A DNA stretch of 64,000 nt from Eledone cirrhosa (GCA_964016885.1 OZ024763.1:4960001-5024000); one strand, 5' to 3'; positions 43,654-58,305 are shown, counted from the stretch's first letter. Notes: a model not told the origin generated them from the sequence alone. A program made the numbers and translations.

Positions 43654-44092
43654 AAGTTTTATTTAAATTGTTGGGTTAACAACGAGTAAATATTTATAAC
43701 TGATATAAAAGCACTCAACAAGTATTTGGAGTATATTTACGATATTAAATAAATGGAAACTATATTTATAAAACCATATTTATTTCATTATATATATTTC
43801 AGGGATATCATATTAAAAATATGTTATGCCTTCCTCAGACAAAATACAATATAAACAGTCTTATAAATAGATAGATTCGACATACCTTTCAACTTCGACT
43901 TCTATTTGAAATCAAACTTTTCAAATAGAAGTCGAAGTTGAAAGGTATGTCGAATCTATCTATTTATAAGACTGTTTATATTGTATTTTGTCTGAGGAAG
44001 GCATAACATATTTTTAATATGATATCCCTGAAATATATATAATGAAATAACTATGGTTTTATAAATATAGTTTCCATTTATTTAATATCGTA
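43650..44092 (-). mobile_element. Family D fold-back element, 174-bp arms
   Basis: Arms 43738-43911 and 43919-44092. Tail 43650-43737 is the reverse complement of 52535-52620. Confidence 0.9.
43984..44049 (+). ncRNA. Type I hammerhead ribozyme (mirror copy on - strand)
   Basis: Stem I TATTTTGT/ATGAAATA, CTGAGGA, long stem II, GAAA-TATATATA^. Confidence 0.75.
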
Positions 44093-44109
44093 TATATATA
44101 TATATATAT

Positions 44110-44602
44110 GTAGATAAATCTACCAAGAGTTTACGGTAGTGTCCAATCCGTATGAAGAACTCAATGTAATCCGGATATCATGGAAAGAAGAGATGCAATG
44201 AAAAATCACTTTCGGTGAAAGATAAACGGAATACAGAGTCAAGATAAAATATTAAAAAAATAATGAATAAAACAATGAAACAGTTCCTTATATTAAACAA
44301 AAAAAGTTCATTATTTAACGATCGTTTCTAGGATATATATGTGTTAGAATTGGCATGCATATTCAACAGATCTATGTACAAAATTATACAAAATTATACA
44401 AACTATCAAAATTAAATATACATACCAACACATATATATGCCGTCTTCAGAAATAATCAGATTATTTGTACATAGATCTGTTGAATATGCATGCCAATTC
44501 TAACACATATATATCCTAGAAACGATCGTTAAATAATGAACTTTTTTTGTTTAATATAAGGAACTGTTTCATTGTTTTATTCATTTTTTTTTAATATTTT
44601 AT
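44110..44602 (-). mobile_element. Family E fold-back element, ~139-bp arms
   Basis: Arms 44244-44382 and 44465-44602. Confidence 0.88.
44310..44457 (-). ncRNA. Type I hammerhead ribozyme with greatly extended stem/loop II
   Basis: ATTATTT-CTGAAGA-CGGCATATATATGTGTTGG...CTAACACATATATATCCTA-GAAACGATCGTT^AAATAAT. Confidence 0.7.
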
Positions 44603-45178
44603 ATATATATATATATATATTTGTGATTATGTATATATTTTTGTGATTACGGATATATTTAAAAATTCCTTTAAATGATAACTTTCGTTTAGTTAGTATC
44701 TTAACTCAGTATTATATAATCGCTTACGTCAGAGGTCACAGGCAGGGGTTCAAATTACTATGTCGCATAGATAAACCTTCCGCTTGGAGTTAAAGTTGGT
44801 AAACCAAAAATATAACCTCCGTTCTCCAGGGAACATTGTAAATCTTTGAGACGTGTTTTTAGGAGAAAATATCACCTTTAATGTCAGGAAATGTGATATC
44901 GTCTTTAAGAAAAGCTTTACTGATGTAGAAAGAAGACAATAAAAACACTATTGCAGCTCGGTTAATATTTATACTGGCTGTATGTCCTCCTTATCAGCAA
45001 ATCCTTTACCATATGGACTGGGTGTATGTTATCAAGCTATCATCACCATCGCTGAACTTTCACCTGCTGAGGCCCGGAGGTATTTAAAATTTGGGGTCCT
45101 TCTCTAGAAAAAGTTTAAATAATTATACATGATTGTTATTTATTAATGATTACAGAATTAATACCCCCCCCCCACACA

Positions 45179-45259
<81 letters not shown>

Positions 45260-45485
45260 AGAGTGTGTGTGCGTGTTTGTGCATAGAACAATATAAAAAC
45301 AGAAGCCAGGTTTCGGTAGAGAGTTAGTTCATTGTTTTACGATCGTTTCAGAGGCTCGATTGATTGATGGACATCGATATATCGACTAGCATGGTAGTGG
45401 TTAAGTTACTACTTATTTTCTAGTGACGAAAACCCTTTTCAATCGCCCATCTTCCTCAGCCCCACCACAACCAGGTGGATTACAA

Positions 45486-45522
<37 letters not shown>

Positions 45523-45526
<4 letters not shown>

Positions 45527-45709
45527 CGAAGGAAATGTGGTAAGGAACCAGGTGGACCATAACGCACCAAAGTACTCAATACTTGGGGTAGTAGAGTGGG
45601 TAATAGGAACCAGTAAGACCCCGACAGCTGAGCTCAAGCCGTTTCGACGGCTAATTCAGAATTAGCCGTCGAAACGGCTTGAGCTCAGCTGTCGGGGTCT
45701 TACTGGTTC

Positions 45710-45713
<4 letters not shown>
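45523..45713 (-). mobile_element. Family C fold-back element, 55-bp arms, 1-nt spacer
   Basis: Arms 45603-45657 and 45659-45713. Confidence 0.9.
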
Positions 45714-45750
<37 letters not shown>

Positions 45751-46265
45751 TTATATATATATATATATAGAGAGAGAGAGACAGAGAGAGATAGTTAAAG
45801 ATTTTTAAGAAACGAAATAGCGACTTAGACGCCGAGATATAGCACAGTATGGTTTTGCTGAAATCTTGCATTCTTCTTCTGTACACAGCATGTGTCCAAT
45901 TACACCCCACCTCTCCCTCTAGCCTGTCTTCAACCATTATTGTATATATATATATATATATATATATAGATATAGATATATATATCACACCTCTCTCCAG
46001 TCCCTGCATCTCTCATACCTATATATCACTTTTTCTTACTTCTCGGCATCAGTCCTTCCTGTACCTCATACCTATATATATATATATATATATGTGTATA
46101 TATACACGTATATATACATATATATATGTGTATATATACACGTATATATACATGTATATACATATATATATATATATATATATACATATATACGTAGATA
46201 TACATATATGTATACCTATATATACATATATGTATACCTATATATGTATACCTTACCTATATATA

Positions 46266-46297
<32 letters not shown>

Positions 46298-46338
46298 AAT
46301 ATTTATAGATATATGCGTACATATATTTATACACACAC

Positions 46339-46387
<49 letters not shown>

Positions 46388-46834
46388 AATTGTATATAGA
46401 AATATATACCTACACAGACATATTTAATTCCCTCACACAAACTCTGTTCCCTGTTTCCCTCTCCAACATGTAAGATATGGTTACTAGAAGTTGTTTACTT
46501 AGTAGAAATGTTCCTTCTTTGCTTTTCCTTTTGCCAAAAATATATTTATATACATCTAGTCATCATTAGGAAGTAAATTTTTAGCTTTCCGTGTCTGCGT
46601 GTGTGTGTGTGAGTGTGTATATGTGTGTGTCTCTGTGTGTGAGTTTATGTGTATATGTATGTGTGCATGTGTGTGTGTGTGTGTATGTATGTGAGTCTGT
46701 GTGTCTGTGTGTGAGTTTATGTATATATGTATGTGTGCATGTATGTATGCGTGTATGTATGTATGTATGTATGCGTGTATGTGTGTATCTATGTATGTAT
46801 GTATGTATGTATGTATGTATGTATGTATGTATGT

Positions 46835-47406
46835 ATCCCAGTACAAACTGCCTCATGGTCGGGTCGTTGGCGACTAAACTGGCAACCCCATCAAGGTTCC
46901 TTGGTGAGGAGGGTGACTTTGGACATCCTGCAGGACTAAAAACAAAACCTGCCAAAGGGCAAAGGAGCTCTTAAGAGTCGATGGCCATCCAAAATCACCG
47001 GGAGAGATGATCCCTTAGCCTTTGCCAAGGCAGAATTCTAGGAGAAGGAAAACTCTGATATAACACCTGAAACCCTGATGGTATCCAATGATGTTGACTT
47101 GTTCTTCTTTTTGGTAAATATCATCTTGGTTAAGAGAGTGGGACTGGCTTTGTGCAGTGCCTTTGCTCACTATAAAAGCTTCACGGCACAGGCATTGCTT
47201 TATATCTGGAGATCTCTCTGCACTTGTCGTCACATGGTACCATGGGCCCAGCACTATGTGTCAATAATTGTCACAAGTGTAGTGTTTGTACCAGAGTTTT
47301 CAAGTCGCTGGCTGGACTTAAAGTCACACTCGTTCAGCGCATTGGTAGGGGTTTTCCTACATGGATATAAAGTAGTGGCCGTACTCGAAAACGAGTTGGC
47401 AGCCAG
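46835..47406 (+). mobile_element. Dispersed ~560-bp repeat embedded in (TATG)n
   Basis: Matches the 2007 and 30570 copies. Confidence 0.85.
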
Positions 47407-47410
47407 TATG

Positions 47411-47444
<34 letters not shown>

Positions 47445-48533
47445 TGTATGTATGTATGTATGTATGTATGTATGTATGTATATATGTATATATGTATGTA
47501 TGTGTGCATCTACGTATGTGTGTGTGTATGTATGTGAGTCTGTGTGACTGCGTGTGAGTTTATGTATATATGTATGTGTGCATGTATGTATGCGTGAGTG
47601 TATGTAGGTATGTATGTCTGTGTGAGTTTATGTAGTATATATGTATGTATATAGAAAAAACTGAAAAGGTTTACTCCCGACCAGGATCAAACTTCAGACC
47701 TGGATTATATCTGTATATATATATATATGTGTATATATATATATATGTATATGCATATATATATATACATAAATATACATATATATATATATATATATAC
47801 ATACACATATATATATATATACATACACATATATATACATATCTACATATATATATATATATACATATATATATACATATACATATATATATACATACAT
47901 ATATACATATATATACATACATATATATATATACATACATATATACATACATATATATATATATATATATACATATATATATACATATATATATATATAC
48001 ATATATATATACATAAATATACATATATATATATATATACATACACATATATATATATATATATACATACATACACATATATATACATACACATATATAT
48101 ACATATATACATATATATATATATACATACATATATATATACATATATACATATATATATATATACATATATATATACATATATATATACATATATATAT
48201 ACATATATACATATATATATACATATATATATACATATTTATATATAAACATATTTATATATACATATATTTATATATATATACATATATACTTACACAC
48301 ACACACGCATACACACAAGTTGTCTGTTTAGAATTTAATCTGAGATTTCGAAATCTTCAAGGTTCCTGTATGATAAACACCTGGCCCCTAGCGGAGATTT
48401 TGGCAGGAAGGACTGGAATCGGGGATGCAGGGAAGGGTTATTTCTTTCTGCCCCATCTTAGGCAGGAAAGATGGATGTAGAGTTACTACTACTACCTCTA
48501 CTGCTACTACTACTACTACTGCTGCTACTACTG

Positions 48534-48577
<44 letters not shown>

Positions 48578-48596
48578 GCTGCTACTGCTGCTGCTA

Positions 48597-48631
<35 letters not shown>

Positions 48632-48672
48632 ACTACTACTACTACTACTACTACTACTAACATACTTTCATC

Positions 48673-48858
48673 AGTGGATTGGCAGTATCGGTAGAGGGTC
48701 GGACGCCATGCTTTCCAGCATAGTTACGTCCCTTTACGATCTGAGTTCAAATCCCGCCGAGGTTGACTTTGCCTTTCATCCTTACGGGGTCGATAAAATA
48801 AAGTACCAGTAATGCACTGGGTAATTGCTGGCCTTGTGCCTAAAGTAGAAACAATTAT
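48673..48858 (+). mobile_element. SINE family 2 (further copies at ~29270-, 32770-, 42085+, 49927+, 58693+, 63495+)
   Basis: Same head, B box and central domain as the 28938 copy. Confidence 0.85.
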
Positions 48859-48936
48859 GATGGTAATTATGATTGTTTAGAAATCAGAGCAGTCAAATTC
48901 GATAAATACAAAAAGTAAATAAAAAATAACCAATTC

Positions 48937-48975
<39 letters not shown>

Positions 48976-49014
48976 TACATATGGGTGTGTGTGTGCGTGT
49001 GTGTGTGTGTGTGT

Positions 49015-49059
<45 letters not shown>

Positions 49060-49063
49060 TGTG

Positions 49064-49101
<38 letters not shown>

Positions 49102-50682
49102 CATACAATCATACACATATATACATACAGATACATACATACTACATACATATACATGCATACCTTACATCACAAGCACACACACGCACACATAAAATAC
49201 CCTACATTACACGCGCACACACACACACACACACACATAAAATACCCTACATTACACGCGCACACACACACACACACACAACACAGTACACATACACAAT
49301 TGAGGAGAGAAGATTGGGGGGGGGCTCAGAGGCGGGGGTAGACGAGGAATTAACAGTTTTTAGATAATAAGTTGGTGTTATCGTCTCCTGAAAAATTATT
49401 TGTAAACCACATTCTTTCTCGAGAAGCCGCCTCTACCGCCGCCATTACGGCGGCTCACTGTTGTCGCCTCCTGCCATTAGAGAGCTCTCTCTCATAAGAG
49501 CGGCCATTATATGAAATTCCTGAGATAAGCCAAACCTTTAGCAATAACCTTTCTACATGATATTGGATCTCTTGTAATAGTTTTAACTTTTTTTGACTTT
49601 ACCAATAAATGGGTGGAGATTTTAATCTGGCCTTTATCCATTCATGTATTTATATTTTTTATTTCATATATTTTTATATATTTTTATATATATTTTTATA
49701 TATTTTATATATTTTATAAATTTTTATATATTTTTTATTTTATTTATTTATATATATATTTTATATATTGTTTTCATTAAATACAATTTCAGTATCCAAA
49801 AGGGCAATTCATAAATCAGGGGGAGGCAAAAATATATTTTGGGTGTTTATTTGGTAGAAGAAGTATTAGGACATTCGGCCAAAAATACTTTAGTGTGTCT
49901 TTATTTAATTATTATCATTATTATTATGGCAGTATCGGTAGAGGGTCGGACATCATGCTTTGACGCATAGAGTTACGGCCCTTGCCATTCTGATTTCAAA
50001 TCCCGCCGAGGTTAACTTTGTCTTTCAACCTTTACTGGGTCGATAAAATAAAGTGCCAGTAATGCACTGGGGTGGATTTAATCAACTTTCTACTCCCCCC
50101 AAATTGGTGGCCTTGTGCCTAGAGTAGAAACAATTATTATTGTATTTGTTTGCTGAACGTATACTTTCTGAGTTCAAATCCCAGCCGAGGTTAACTTTGT
50201 TATGTCCTTGAGCAAGAAAGACACGTTATTTGGCGTTGTTCCTTCTGTCAAGAGTTGTGATCCTTAGAAAATATCAGCAATGGAAAAACCAATGGAAACA
50301 TTGTTTCCTCGGTCCTATTTTGACGAAGTCCAACCCACACGGTACGCGAATGAAATCTCTTTCCTCTCTCCAATATAAAGTGTGAAACTAATAAGACTTT
50401 TTGTACCTCTCTTTGTTGTCGCCTTCAGCTATCCAATCTCAAATCTTTTCTCCGCCACTTCCATTCTACTCTCAAGCGCTTCCTCCAACCTCGCCCCACC
50501 TATATGCATCCAATCCCCCCCTTCATATTTCCAACCTCATCTTCACCAAAACAAAATACAACAGTCACATTACCTTTTTAAATCGATGTCAACATGTATG
50601 GCCCTGTTATTTTTTTTATCTAAAGACACTTTTTCCAATTCCAGCCCACCCGTCCCCTCAATCTATCTTATTTCTCATTCTT

Positions 50683-50718
50683 TCTTCTGACGAAGGACTA
50701 GCGTCCGAAACGTTAAGA
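50683..50718 (+). ncRNA. Minimal Penelope-type hammerhead ribozyme
   Basis: TCTT-CTGACGA-A-GGAC-TAGC-GTCC-GAAACGTT^AAGA. AATAAA and a T-rich tail follow before (CA)/(TA)n. Confidence 0.85.
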
Positions 50719-50813
50719 CCCTCTTCCTGCTATATCAAACGTTAACCTAATAAATCCCTTCTATATACTGTACCGATTGTGTTGTTATTTCTGTTTACCT
50801 TTTACACACACAC

Positions 50814-50856
<43 letters not shown>

Positions 50857-51679
50857 AATGAAAGGTATAGAAAGTATTGTAGCAAGAAGCCAACAGTATT
50901 CCATAATATATAAGTGACTATAGGGTCAAAATGGGAAAATAGTTAACGTAAGATGTGGGAAAAATAATTGTGGGAAAAATAATTCAAACTCAATTCAAAA
51001 AGAATCAGGATATAGATTTATCCAACAGAATTTAGTGAAATCCAGGGAAAAAATCAATAGAGCCTTAACTCATGATAAATAAAGTTTAAAATACTCATCC
51101 TTCAATTTGGGACAACTACAAATGCTCTGTATAGTCTTGAAAAAGACTATATATATATATATGTTATTCTTGTTTTTTTTTTTACATTAATATAAAAAAA
51201 TAATTATCATGTATAATTATTAAAATGTTTTCTTTTAGAGAAGGGCTTCAAATTTTATATAATTTAGGGCTTCAACAGTTGAATGTCCAGCCTTGCATAA
51301 TGGTATATCGGTGTAATGGTGAAACAAACACCCAAGGAGTCAATTACTCAATGAATGACTTATATTTAAACAAGAGAGACGTTTAACTAAGCTGGTTTCT
51401 GTCAATTTTATGAACAGGAAACTAAAGTTCTTTAACTCGTGTCACTGAAGCGAGTTAGTTGTTAAACAGATGGGTGCCAGAGTCAACAATATTTTATTTG
51501 AAAAACTAAAAAAGTTTAGTCTGAAGGATATCCTGCAGAAGAATAGATATAAGAGTTGTAGTAGCTGTTGTTGTTATATAACAGATGTAAAATTTATAAA
51601 TTCTAGGACCACTAAATAACTAGGGAGATGTTACAGATAAATAAATAAGTAAATATATATATACATACATATATACATA

Positions 51680-51747
<68 letters not shown>

Positions 51748-51828
51748 CATATATATATATATGTATATATATATGTATATATATATGTATATATAAATAT
51801 ATATATATGTGTATATATAAATATATAA

Positions 51829-51864
<36 letters not shown>

Positions 51865-51940
51865 GTATATATAAATATATAAATATATATATATATATAT
51901 AAATATATATGTATATATATATGTATATATAAATATATAA

Positions 51941-51976
<36 letters not shown>

Positions 51977-52157
51977 GTATATATATGTATATATACATGT
52001 ACATACATATATATGTATATATATATGTATATATATACATATATAGAAAAGTGGGTCTTGAGGATCATACCACTATACCACTTCTTTGTATATTAAACAC
52101 TGACATTTTAATCTCGGGTCAATTTGATTAAAATATTGCAGATAAATTTCTCTCTCT

Positions 52158-52251
<94 letters not shown>

Positions 52252-52254
<3 letters not shown>

Positions 52255-52618
52255 GATATTAAATAAATGGAAACTATATTTATAAAACCATATTTATTTC
52301 ATTATATATATTTCAGGGATATCATATTAACAATATGTTATGCCTTCTTCAGACAAAATACAATATAGACAGTTTTATAGATAAATAGATTTGACATACC
52401 GTTCAACATCGACTTGTCTATATTGTATTTTGTCTGAAGAAGGCATAACATATTGTTAATATGATATCCCTGAAATATATATAATGAAATAAATATGGTT
52501 TTATAAATATAGTTTCCATTTATTTAATATCGTAAATATACTCCAAATACTTGTTGAGTGCTTTTATATCAGTTATAAATATTTACTAGTTGTAACCCAA
52601 CAATTTAAATATAACTTT

Positions 52619-52620
<2 letters not shown>
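52252..52620 (+). mobile_element. Family D fold-back element, 120-bp arms, hammerhead at 52426-52491
   Basis: Arms 52252-52371 and 52415-52534. CTGAAGA at 52434. Confidence 0.9.
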
Positions 52621-52687
<67 letters not shown>

Positions 52688-52688
<1 letters not shown>

Positions 52689-53058
52689 CGATATTAACAA
52701 ATGGAAACTATATTTATAAAACCATATTTATTTCATTATACATATTTCAAGGACACCAAGTTAAATTATGGTGTGCTCTCATCAGATAAAATATAATATA
52801 GATCAGTTTTATAAATAAATATTGACATACCCTTAAAGAATGCAACCATTACTGTTGGAAGCTCCCGGATAGTCTGATGAAAGCACACCATAATTTAACT
52901 TGGTGTCCTTAAAATATGTATAATGAAATAAATATGGTTTTATAAATATAGTTTCCATTTGTTATTATCGTATTTTTACTCCAAATATTTGTTGAGTGCT
53001 TTATATCAGTTATAAAAATATTGGCTTGTTGTATTCCAACAATTTAAATAGAACTTTT
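52688..53058 (+). mobile_element. Family D-related fold-back element, ~99-bp arms, hammerhead on - strand at 52729-52793
   Basis: Arms 52688-52786 and 52873-52971. CTGATGA core with a different stem II (ACACCA/TGGTGT). Confidence 0.85.
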
Positions 53059-53137
<79 letters not shown>

Positions 53138-53221
53138 TATATATATATATAACTTTGATAACTTTGATAGGTTTCGGCCAGTGTTGGCCCAGGCCATGTC
53201 TAACTTAATAGCACCACCTGG

Positions 53222-53257
<36 letters not shown>

Positions 53258-53894
53258 AAAAAAACATATATATATAGATACAAATATTATATATATTTTG
53301 TTTTGACCTGTTTAGCTTGATTTGCTTTTTGGCTTTTTGATGGTTAATGCTTTCTTGACCACTTTTTCAGTTTGTATGACGTCTTAACATATTGTTTAGC
53401 TCTGGTTTTTAAACTATGGAACGCTTGCCAGCATAACTCTGGTTTTTGCGTTTCGTTTCGCTTTTTCTACCCACCGAAATGCGATTCTCCCTGAATTTAT
53501 ATTTGTATATACATATATATATATATATACATTATGAAGAGAGAAGAAACATTTAGATATAATTAGTAATAAAATGTATCATACCTAAACTGCTCCTAGA
53601 TTCCTCGACTACGTAGTTTCGTGGCATAAACAAAAACAATACATCATAAAGATATAGAGTCCTTGCGAGGTCTGCCGACTAGTCAAGAGGATACCTCATT
53701 TTACTAGTCTCAAGAACGCGTCTACACGACGTGAGAAAGAATCCCAAAAGGCGGAGGGGGAGATAGTCACGCGATATAACGGTCGAGAAACAGAGCTAAG
53801 CCTCTTATAACCCCGAAGAAAATACCACGGAGGCGGAGGGGGTATTTATATCGAAGCCGTAGAAGAGGTGGTGAAGGAGGCGACACACATATAT

Positions 53895-54217
53895 ATTTCA
53901 CGCTCTGGAGAGTGGGGTGGTGGTGGGGAACGACGTTTCGGGCATAAGCCCTTCCTCAGGTGAGAAGGTGTGTGGGAACAGCGTTCAAAGGGTGTGTAGG
54001 GGAGTGGTGGAGAGACATATAGCGACCTTTCGCTATATGTCTCTCCACCACTCCCCTACACACCCTTTGAACTCTGTTCCCACACACCTTCTCACCTGAG
54101 GAAGGGCTTATGCCCGAAACGTCGTTCCCCACCACCACCCCACTCTCCAGAGCGTGAAATTAATAAACATTCGTTATATTGCCTCTCTGTTTTGTTCCTG
54201 TTCAAATTTTTCCATTA
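53895..54217 (+). mobile_element. Fold-back element, 131-bp arms, with minimal hammerhead at ~54094-54125
   Basis: Arms 53895-54025 and 54030-54160 with one mismatch seen. CTGAGGA-A-GGGC-TTAT-GCCC-GAAACGTC^. Confidence 0.88.
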
Positions 54218-54382
54218 TATATATATATATATATATATATATTTAAATGTTAAACAAGGTTCGTTGAATAAATCAAAGAATTAGTTTTACAATAGATTGG
54301 AAGCACTCAACAAAATGTTTTCCGGAATTATTAATATTCATTCAAAATATTAACAAAAATAGAACTTCATTGTGATCAAGTA

Positions 54383-54449
54383 TATTTTATTATACATATT
54401 TCAGAGGTACTGAGCTAACTTCAACAGTACGACCTCATCAGATAAAATA
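54383..54449 (-). ncRNA. Type I hammerhead ribozyme
   Basis: Stem I TATTTTAT/ATAAAATA, CTGATGA, stem II GTACTG/CAGTAC, GAAATATGTATA^. Confidence 0.8.
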
Positions 54450-55373
54450 AGATGATGCATGACATACCCTGACATAGTAGATGGTTAAGATACAGTCATG
54501 GTAGTGAGTAAGATATGACAAATCTCAATATTTATATACCTTAAGATTGATACATGAAATAACTTACATATAATACAGATAATACAGAGGGTGAGTGTAA
54601 GAAAGCTAAAGATACACAACAGTAATTTACATAACTGTTAGAGATTCAAATAATTATTGAAGATAGAGGAAAGAAAAAAGAGAGAGAGAAAACATATGAG
54701 GGGAAAATATAGCTAGAAGAGGTATAGAGAGCAACGGAGGATTGATCAAGGAAAGGCAGACAAAGAGGAATAATTATAATTATAGGGAGGGATGTATAGT
54801 TATGTATGATATATATCCATACATAACTATACATTTGGACATAGCTATGCGATAGAGTAAACTCGAATCATTGAATTTTTGAATTATCTAGAAATATTCA
54901 TCAATCTAAATCCTAAATATAACTGGGTGTAATCAATAAGGGTTAATTTCCTCAGTTAATTAGTTATATATACTATCCAAATGTGTCCGGTTGACCGTTA
55001 ACTTTCAAATCTTTTAAGTTAGTTCAGAGTAATTAATTAATTAAAGTGTATAATATTTCAGGCAATGAAATCCTTAGGGTTTCTCTTTCTCATGTTTGCA
55101 GACACATTATACTACTATATAAATTTATAAAGAAAATCTAGGATCGCAGACAATTCATTTTTTTACTGTGAATCGTATTCTTATCCGTATGATTCAAGAA
55201 ATTTGACTTAGATATTTATAGTATATATGTGTTACATGACCTTATTATAATAATTGATCTAAAACCTTAATTTTTAACAATATTACCAGTAAGTTATTGT
55301 GTGTGCTAATGTTTGTATGTGTGTGTGAGTTTGTGCGTGTGCGTGTGCGTGTGGCCTGTGTGTGTGAGTTTGT

Positions 55374-55426
<53 letters not shown>

Positions 55427-55542
55427 GGCAGCGAATTGGCAGAATCGTTGGAACGTCCGATAGAATGGTTTGTGATGTTCGTTCCGGATTTCTGCTCTCT
55501 GAGTTCAAATCCAGCTAAAGTCAACCGCCGCCGCCGTCAACC

Positions 55543-55573
<31 letters not shown>

Positions 55574-55754
55574 CCAGGAAAACATGACTAGTTATTTATC
55601 AATATCTCACACACAAAGCAGACACACACACACATACATACATACATACATACATATACATACACACAGAGACACACACACACGCAGAATCACACACACA
55701 GACACACACACATACACACACAGAGACACAGACACACACAGACATACACAGAGT

Positions 55755-55787
<33 letters not shown>

Positions 55788-56255
55788 AGAGTCACACACA
55801 GACACACACGCATACACACACAGAGACACAGACACACACAGACACACACACATACACAGAGTCACACACACACACACACACACATACACAGAGTCACACA
55901 CAGACACACACACACACACACAGAGTCACACACAGACACACACGCATACACACACAGAGTCACACACACACACACAAACATACACACACACACACACACA
56001 CAGACACACACACACAGACATATGCACACAAAGACAGAAAAAAAGAAAGAAAGAAAGACAGACAGAGAGACAGAGAGGTAGATAGAAAGAAAGATGGAGG
56101 CAATGTAGAGTGTAAAGCAGAAGACTTCCGGTATCGGTGCCAATCTGGTACAGATTAATGGAATGTCTGCTTCTTTCTCCCCCCCCCCCGCCCACACCCC
56201 CTCCACAGTCCGCTAAAACAACAAACTCCATTCTGCTTAAATTAATGACCCCTTA

Positions 56256-56307
<52 letters not shown>

Positions 56308-56369
56308 GTGAAAATTTGCATAACTAAATTGTATATATGTATGTATATATATATATATATATATATATC

Positions 56370-56527
<158 letters not shown>

Positions 56528-56603
56528 CCTCCAGCCATACCACTCCGCACCCTCTCCTACCACCAGAAAATATATAAATACAACCATATTTACTGGGACA
56601 GTC

Positions 56604-56648
56604 AGGTTCCTGATGATTTCGAAAGAATGAAACAGTTCTAGTCCTGTA
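56604..56648 (+). ncRNA. Family A hammerhead ending at its predicted cleavage site
   Basis: GGTTC-CTGATGA-TTTCGAAAGAAT-GAAACAG..CTGTA, then directly (TA)n. Confidence 0.65.
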
Positions 56649-56660
56649 TATATGTATACA

Positions 56661-56852
<192 letters not shown>

Positions 56853-56898
56853 CATATATATACACACACATATATATATATATATACATATATACACA

Positions 56899-56934
<36 letters not shown>

Positions 56935-57047
56935 CATATATATACATATATACATATATACACACATATATATATATACATATATACACACATATATATA
57001 TATATATATACATATATACACACATATATATATATATATACATATAT

Positions 57048-57188
<141 letters not shown>

Positions 57189-57239
57189 CATATACATATA
57201 TATATACATACATATACATATATATATACATACATATAC

Positions 57240-57326
<87 letters not shown>

Positions 57327-57439
57327 AATTATTTGTTTTTTATTTTTTTCAAATGAGAAAATACAGTTTAACAAGAAGTAAATCCAATTATTCTCCAAAT
57401 GGTTTTAATGAACATGAAATAAAGAATCTCGTTTGTAAA

Positions 57440-58305
57440 TGATGGCGGTGGTGGTGGTGGTGGTGGTGGTGGTGGTGACGATGGCAGTGGCGGGGGTGGT
57501 GGCGGTGGTGGTGGTGGTGGTGGTGGTGACGATGGTGGTGGCGGGGGTGGGGGTGGTGACGATGGCAGTGGCGGGGGTGGTGGTGGTGGTGGTGGTGGTG
57601 GTGGTGGTGACGATGGTGGTGGCGGGGGTGGGGGTGGTGACGATGGCAGTGGCGGGGGTGGTGGTGGTGGTGGTGGTGGTGACGATGGCAGTGGCGGGGG
57701 TGGTGGTGGCGGTGGTGGTGACGATGGCAGTGGCGGTGGTGGTGACGGTGGCAGTGGCGGGGGTGGTGGCGGTGGCAGTGGCGGGGGTGGTGGTGGTGAC
57801 GATGGCAGTGGCGGGGGTGGTGGCGGTGGTGGTGGTGGCGGTGGTGGTGACGATGGCAGTGGCGAGGGTGGTGGTGGCGGTGGTGGTGACGATGGCAGTG
57901 GCGGGGGTGGTGGTGGTGGTGGCGGTGGTGGTGACGATGGCAGTGGCGGGGGTGGTGGTGGCGGTGGTGGTGGCGGTGGTGATGACGATGGCAGTGGCGG
58001 TGGTGGTGGTGGTGGCGACGAGAGTGGCGGGGGTGGCGTTGGCGGTGGTGGTTGTGACAATGGGGATGGTATTGCTGGCGGTGGGCGTTGTGGTGACGAT
58101 AGTGGTGGTGGTAATGAGGAGTGTGGTGGTGGTGGTAATAATGGTGGCGGTGGTGGCGGTGGTGGTAGTGGTAAAGATGGCGGTGGTGACAATGAGGGTG
58201 GTGGTGGTGGTAGTGGTAAGGATGGTGGTGGTGACAATGAGGGTGGCGGTGGTGGTAGTGGTGAGGGCGGTGGTGGTGGTGGTAGTGGTTCGGGCGGTGG
58301 TGGTG
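57440..58305. repeat. (GGT)n compound repeat with recurring GACGATGGCAGTGGCGGG
   Basis: Direct reading. Confidence 0.9.
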
